From NCBI GenBank assembly GCA_964016885.1, contig OZ024742.1, forward strand, positions 165,106,001-165,170,000: a stretch of 64,000 nt of DNA, given 5' to 3'. Numbering within the stretch: the first letter of the stretch is position 1; each line of letters begins with the position of its first letter. The position numbers and the translations under genes are program-made. This DNA comes from Eledone cirrhosa (Eukaryota). Under the pieces are notes generated by a model that was not told the origin of the DNA, did no database searches, and saw only the letters and a list, made by a program, of their open reading frames with translations. This document shows positions 57,601-64,000 of the stretch, in pieces.

Positions 57601-58800
57601 TTGGACAGCTGGAAATTATCTCCCCTTGGACGGCTAGATATTACCTCCCCTTGGACGGCTGGAAATTATCTCCCCTTGATTTTTTTTACAAATTATCTCC
57701 CCCTGATTTTTTTTTACAAATTATCTCCCCCTGATTTTTTTTTACGAATTATCTCCCCCGATTTTTTTTTACAAATTATCTCCGCCTGATTTTTTTTTAA
57801 AAATTATCTCCCCTTGAACGGCTGGAAATTATCTCCCCTTGGACGGCTGGAAATTATCTCCCCTTGGACGGCTAGAAATTACCTCTCCTTGGACGGCTGA
57901 AAATTATCTCCCCTTGGACGGCTGCAAATTATCTCCCCTTGATTTTTTAACAAATTATCTCCCCCTGATTTTTTTTTACAAATTATTTCCCCCTGATTTT
58001 TTTTTACAAATTATCTCCCCCTGATTTTTTTTTACAAATTATCTCCCCCTGATTTTTTTTACAAATTATCTCCCCCTGATTTTTTTTACAATCTCCGCCT
58101 GATTTTTTAAAAAATTATCTTCCCTTGGCTGGCGGGAAATTATCTCCCCTTGGACGGCTGGAAATTATCTCCCCTTGGACGGCTGGAAATTATCTCCCCT
58201 TGGACAGCTGGAAATTATCTGCCCTTGATTTTGTTTTTACAAATTATCTCCCCCTGATTTTTTTTACAAATTATCTCCACCTGATTTTTTAAAAAATTAT
58301 CTCCCCTTGGACGGCTGGAAATTATCTCCCCTTGATTTTTTTACAAATTATCTCCCCCTGATTTTTTTTACAAATTATCTCCCCCTGATTTTATGTTACA
58401 AATTATCTCCCCCTGATTTATTTACAAATTATCTCCGCCTGATTTTTTTAAATATTATCTTCCCTTGGCTGGCGGGAAATTATCTCCCCTTGGACGGCTG
58501 GAAATTATCTCCCCTTGATTTTTTTTACAAATTATCTCCCCCTGATTTTTTTTTATAAATTATCTCCCCCTGATTTTTTTTTACAAATTATCACCCCCTG
58601 ATTTTTTTTTACAAATTATCTCCCCCTGATTTTTTTTTACAAATCTCCCCCTGATTTTTTTATAAATTATCTCCCCTTGGCTGGCTGGAAATTATCTCCC
58701 CTTGGAGGCTGGAATTTATCTCCCCTTGGACGGCTAGAAATTACCTCTCCTTGGATGGCTGGAAAATATGTCTCCTTGGACGGCTGGATATTATCTACCC
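37440..58800 (+). repeat. Direct duplication, offset ~16,921 bp: ~37440-41880 repeated at ~54360-58800
   Basis: ORFs 37636...41755 recur at +16921 to +16923. Variants GAGGCTTGAAT (~40557, ~57480) and ATCGCCCCTTGGATGG were seen only in these two copies. Confidence 0.92.
44700..52640 (+). repeat. Tandem duplication of a ~3,996-bp higher-order unit
   Basis: ORFs 45047/45121/45460/45848/46132/46529/47257/47725/48145/48236 recur at +3996 or +3997. A chimeric junction lies at ~48681. Confidence 0.92.
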
Positions 58801-61800
58801 TTGGACGGCTGGAAATTATCTCCCCTTGGACGGCTGGAAATTATCTCCCCTTGGACGGCTAGATATTACCTCCCATTGGACGGCTGGAAATTATCTCCCC
58901 TTGATTTTTTTTACAAATTATCTCCCCCTGATTTTTTTTTACGAATTATCTCCCCCTGATTTTTTTTTACAAATTATCTCCGCCTGATTTTTTTTTTAAA
59001 ATTATCTCCCCTTGAACGGCTGGAAATTATCTCCCCTTGGACGGCTGGAAATTATCTCCCCTTGGACGGCTAGAAATTACCTCTCCTTGGACGGCTGAAA
59101 ATTATCTCCCCTTGGACGGCTGCAAATTATCTCCCCTTGATTTTTTTAACAAATTATCTCCCCCTGATTTTTTTTTACAAATTATCTCCCCCTGATTTTT
59201 TTTTACAAATTATCTACGCCTAATTTTTTTTACAAATTATCTCCCCCTGATTTTTTTTTACCAATTATCTCCCCCTGATTTTTTTTACAAATTATCTCCC
59301 CCTGATTTTTTTTACAAATTATCTCCCCCTGATTTTTTTACAAATTATCTCCCCCCTGATTTTTTTTACAATCTCCGCCTGATTTTTTTAAAAATTATCT
59401 TCCCTTGGCTGGCGGGAAATTATCTCCCCTTGGACGGCTGGAAATTATATCCCCTTGGAAGGATGGAAATTATCTCCCCTTGGACGGCTGGAAATTATCT
59501 CCCCTTGGACGGCTGGAAATTACCTCCCCTTGGACAGCTGGAAATTATCTGCCCTTGATTTTGTTTTTACAAATTATCTCCCCCTGATTTTTTTTACAAA
59601 TTATCTCCACCTGATTTTTTAAAAAATTATCTCCCCTTGGACGGCTGGAAATTATCTCCCCTTGGACGGCTGGAAATTATCTTCCCTTGATTTTTTTTAC
59701 AAATTATCTCCCCCTGATTTTTTTTTACAAATTATCTCCCCCTGATTTTTTTTACAAATTATCTCCCCCTGATTTTTTTTTACAAATTATTTCCCCCTGA
59801 TTTTTTTACAAATTATCTCCCCCCTGATTTTTTTTACAATCTCCGCCTGATTTTTTTAAAAATTATCTTCCCTTGGCTAGCGGGAAATTATCTCCCCTTG
59901 GACGGCTGGAAATTATATCCCCTTGGAAGGATGGAAATTATCTCCCCTTGGACGGCTGGAAATTATCTCCCCTTGGACGGCTGGAAATTATCTCCCCTTG
60001 GACAGCTGGAAATTATCTGCCCTTGATTTTGTTTTTACAAATTATCTCCCCCTGATTTTTTTTACAAATTATCTCCACCTGATTTTTTAAAAAATTATCT
60101 CCCCTTGGACGGCTGGAAATTATCTCCCCTTGATTTTTTTTACAAATTATCTCCCCCTGATTTTTTTTTACAAATTATCTCCCCCTGATTTTTTTTTACA
60201 AATTATCTCCCCCTGATTTTTTTTTACAAATTATCTCACCCTGATTTTTTTTACAAATTATCTCTCCCTGATTTTTTTACAAATTATCTCCCCTTGGCTG
60301 GCTGGAAATTATCTCCCCTTGGAGGCTGGAATTTATCTCCCCTTGGACGCCTAGAAATTACCTCTCCTTGGACGGCTGGAAAATATGTCTCCTTGGACGG
60401 CTGGATATTATCTACCCTTGGACGGCTGGAAATTATCTCCCCTTGGACGGCTGGAAATTATCTCCTCTTGGACGGCTAGATATTACCTCCCCTTGGACGG
60501 CTGGAAATTATCTCCCCTTGATTTTTTTACAAATTATCTCCCCCTGATTTTTTTACAAATTATCTCCCCCTGATTTTTTTTACAAATTATCTCCGCCTAA
60601 TTTTTTTAAATATTATCTTCCCTTGGCTGGCGGGAAATTATCTCCCCTTGGACGGCTGAAAATTATCTCCCCTTGGACGGCTGGAAATTATCTCCCCTTG
60701 ATTTTTTTTACAAATTATCTCCCCCTGATTTTTTTTTACAAATTATCTCCCCCTGATTTTTTTTACAAATTATCTCCCCCTGATTTTTTTACAAATTATC
60801 TCCCCTTGGCTGGCTGGAAATTATCTCCCCTTGGAGGCTGGAATTTATCTCCCCTTGGACGGCTAGAAATTACCTCTCCTTGGAAGGCTGGAAAATATGT
60901 CCTTGGACGGCTGGATATTATCTACCCTTGGACGGCTGGAAATTATCTCCCCTTGGACGGCTGGAAATTATCTCCCCTTGGACGGCTAGATATTACCTCC
61001 CCTTGGACGGCTGAAAATTATCTCCCCTTGGACGGCTGGAAATTATCTCCCCTTGATTTTTTTTACAAATTATCTCCCCCTGATTATTTTTTACAAATTA
61101 TCCCCTGATTTTTTTTTTACAAATTATCTCCCCCTGATTTTTTTTACAAATTATCTCCCCCTGATTTTTTTACAAATTATCTCCCCTTGGCTGGCTGGAA
61201 ATTATCTCCCATTGGAGGCTGGAATTTATCTCCCCTTGGACGGTTAGAAATTACCTCCCCTTGGACGGCTGGAAAATATGTCTCCTTGGACGGCTGGAAA
61301 TTATCGCCCCTTGGACGGCTGGAAATTATCTCCCCTTGGACGGCTGGAAATTATCTCTCATCGGACGGCTAGAAATTACCTCTCCTTGGACAGCTGAAAA
61401 TTATCTCCCCTTGGACGGCTGGAAATTATCTCCCCTTGATTTTTTTTACAAATTATCTCCCCCTGATTTTTTTTTACAAATTATCTCCCCCTGATTTTTT
61501 TTTACAAATTATCTCCCCCTGATTTTTTTTTACAAATTATCTCCCCCTGATATTTTTTACAAATTATCTCCCCCTGATTTTTTTACAAATTATCTCCCCT
61601 TGGCTGGCTGGAAATTATCTCCCCTTGGAGGCTGGAATTTATCTCCCCTTGGACGGCTAGAAATTACCTCGCCTTGGACGGCTGGAAAATATGTCTCCTT
61701 GGACGGCTGGAAATTATCTCCCCTTGGACGGCTGGAAATTATCTCCCCTTGGACAGCTGGAAATTATCTCCCCTTGGACGGCTAGATATTACCTCCCCTT

Positions 61801-61900
61801 GGACGGCTGGAAATTATCTCCCCTTGATTTTTTTTACAAATTATCTCCCCCTGATTTTTTTTTACAAATTATCTCCCCCTGATTTTTTTTTACGAATTAT
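55600..61900 (+). repeat. Direct duplication, offset 4,149 bp: ~55600-57750 repeated at ~59750-61900
   Basis: ORFs 55724/56145/56236/56474/56904/57038/57112 recur at 59873/60294/60385/60623/61053/61187/61261. Confidence 0.85.
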
Positions 61901-64000
61901 CTCCCCCCGATTTTTTTTTACAAATTATCTCCCCCTGATTTTTTTTTACAAATTATCTACGCCTAATTTTTTTTACAAATTATCTCCCCCTGATTTTTTT
62001 TACAAATTATCTCCCCCTGATTTTTTTTACAAATTATCTCCCCCTGATTTTTTTTTACAAATTATTCCCCCCTGATTTTTTTACAAATTATCTCCCCCCT
62101 GATTTTTTTAAAAATTATCTTCCCTTGGCTGGCGGGAAATTATCTCCCCTTGGACGGCTGGAAATTATATCCCCTTGGAGGCTGGAATTTATCTCCCCTT
62201 GGACGGCTAGAAATTACCTCGCCTTGGACGGCTGGAAAATATGTCTCCTTGGACGGCTGGAAATTATCTCCCCTTGGACGGCTGGAAATTATCTCCCCTT
62301 GGACGGCTGGAAATTATCTCCCCTTGGACGGCTAGATATTACCTCCCCTTGGACGGCTGGAAATTATCTCCCCTTGATTTTTTTTACAAATTATCTCCCC
62401 CTGATTTTTTTTTACAAATTATCTCCCCCTGATTTTTTTTTACGAATTATCTCCCCCTGATTTTTTTTTACAAATTATCTCCCCTTGAACGGCTGGAAAT
62501 TATCTCCCCTTGGACGGCTGGAAATTATCTCCCCTTGAAAGGCTAGAAATTACCTCTCCTTGGACGGCTGAAAATTATCTCCCCTTGGACGGCTGCAAAT
62601 TATCTCCCCTTGATTTTTTAACAAATTACCTCGCCTTGGACGGCTGGAAAATATGTCTCCTTGGACGGCTGGAAATTATCTCCCCTTGGACGGCTGGAAA
62701 TTATCTCCCCTTGGACGGCTGGAAATTATCTCCCATTGGACGGCTAGATATTACCTCCCCTTGGACGGCTGCAAATTATCTCCCCTTGATTTTTTTAACA
62801 AATTATCTCCCCCTGATTTTTTTTTACAAATTATCTCTCCCTGATTTTTTTTTACAAATTATCTACGCCTAATTTTTTTTACAAATTATCTCCCCCTGAT
62901 TTTTTTTTACAAATTATCTCCCCCTGATTTTTTTTACAAATTATCTCCCCCTGATTTTTTTTTACAAATTATCTCCCCCTGATTTTTTTACAAATTATCT
63001 CCCCCCTGATTTTTTTTACAATCTCCGCCTGATTTTTTTAAAAATTATCTTCCCTTGGCTGGCGGGAAATTATCTCACCTTGGACGGCTGGAAATTATAT
63101 CCCCTTGGAAGGATGGAAATTATCTCCCCTTGGACGGCTGGAAATTATCTCCCCTTGGACGGCTGGAAATTATCTCCCGTTGGACAGCTGGAAATTATCT
63201 GCCCTTGATTTTGTTTTTACAAATTATCTCCCCCTGATTTTTTTTACAAATTATCTCCACCTGATTTTTTAAAAAATTATCTCCCCTTGGACGGCTGGAA
63301 ATTATCTCCCCTTGATTTTTTTACAAATTATCTCCCCCTGATTTTTTTTACAAATTATCTCCCCCTGATTTTTTTTTTACAAATTATCTCCCCCTGATTT
63401 TTTTACAAATTATCTCCCCCTGATTTTTTTTACAAATTATCTCCGCCTGATTTTTTTAAATATTATCTTCCCTTGGCTGGCGGGAAATTATCTCCCCTTG
63501 GACGGCTGAAAATTATCTCCCCTTGGACGGCTGGAAATTATCTCCCCTTGATTTTTTTTACAAATTATCTCCCCCTGATTTTTTTTACAAATTATCTCCC
63601 CCTGATTTTTTTTTACAAATTATCTCCCCCTGATTTTTTTTTACAAATTATCTGCCCCTGATTTTTTTTACAAATTATCTCCCCCTGATTTTTTTACAAA
63701 TTATCTCCCCTTGGCTGGCTGGAAATTATCTCCCCTTGGAGGCTGGAATTTATCTCCCATTGGACGGCTAGAAATTACCTCTCCTTGGAAGGCTGGAAAA
63801 TATTCTCCTTGGACGGCTGGATATTATCTACCCTTGGACGGGTGGAAATTATCTCCCCTTGGACGGCTGGAAATTATCTCCCCTTGGACAGCTAGATATT
63901 ACCTCCCCTTGGACGGCTGGAAATTATCTCCCCTTGATTTTTTTTACAAATTATCTCCCCCTGATTTTTTTTACAAATTATCTCCACCTGATTTTTTTAC

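Larger units (their letters stand above)
1..64000 (+). repeat. Composite tandem satellite array of two interspersed monomer families (25-bp A and ~26-29-bp B) sharing the core AAATTATCTCCCC(T/C)TG; runs off both window ends
   Basis: The core or a close variant recurs every ~22-29 bp from the first to the last line, always in the same orientation. No non-repeat sequence was seen. Confidence 0.99.

Noticed and set aside
422-63661. Hundreds of + strand ORFs with repeats such as KLSPLGRLEIISPWTAGNYLPLDGW and FFTNYLPLI
   Set aside because: The 25-bp A monomer has no stop in any + frame, so three monomers give a 25-aa cycle in all frames at once. The ORFs overlap in different frames, start mostly at TTG, and are frameshifted by T-tract length changes. 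No recognisable domain. The absence of minus-strand ORFs is explained by TAA in AGATAATTT cycling through frames.
1-64000. CRISPR-like repeat-spacer appearance (constant core plus variable segment)
   Set aside because: The core is only 16 bp, and the 'spacers' are 8-13 bp belonging to just two recurrent families rather than being unique. No leader or cas genes.
1-64000. Canonical G-quadruplex / i-motif array
   Set aside because: There is only one G4-5 tract per monomer on the minus strand, with ~21-23-nt loops, far longer than the canonical 1-7 nt. Stable intramolecular G4 is not supported by sequence alone.
1-64000. Sequencing or synthetic artefact (adapter concatemer, rolling-circle product)
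   Set aside because: No recognisable adapter sequence. Hierarchical, position-specific and regionally zoned variants look like evolutionary history. Individual large duplications could still be assembly errors and need read validation.

Overview
The whole 64,000 bp window is one uninterrupted, head-to-tail satellite DNA array. I found no unique sequence, credible protein-coding gene, RNA gene, mobile element or inversion. It is built from two monomer families that share a 16-bp core, AAATTATCTCCCC(T/C)TG. Type A is 25 bp and about 52% GC (AAATTATCTCCCCTTGGACGGCTGG). Type B is about 26-29 bp and about 30% GC (AAATTATCTCCCCCTGA-T7..10-AC). There are roughly 2,400-2,500 monomers (64 kb / ~26 bp). 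A and B occur in alternating runs. The A runs form a small vocabulary of stereotyped cassettes, mostly 1, 3, 5, 6, 9 or 10 monomers long, with position-specific variants and dedicated entry and exit monomers. These cassettes are strung into a loose ~2.5-4 kb higher-order order, further amplified by near-identical duplications with offsets of about 1.25, 2.94, 4.0, 4.15, 7.2, 7.4, 12.1 and 16.9 kb. One ~400 bp island (25.9-26.3 kb) holds more diverged monomers. All listed ORFs are by-products of the stop-free A monomer. The array is most likely eukaryotic heterochromatic (pericentromeric, centromeric or subtelomeric) satellite, but I do not recognise the family or organism. Duplication boundaries were read by eye and from ORF-track offsets and are approximate.
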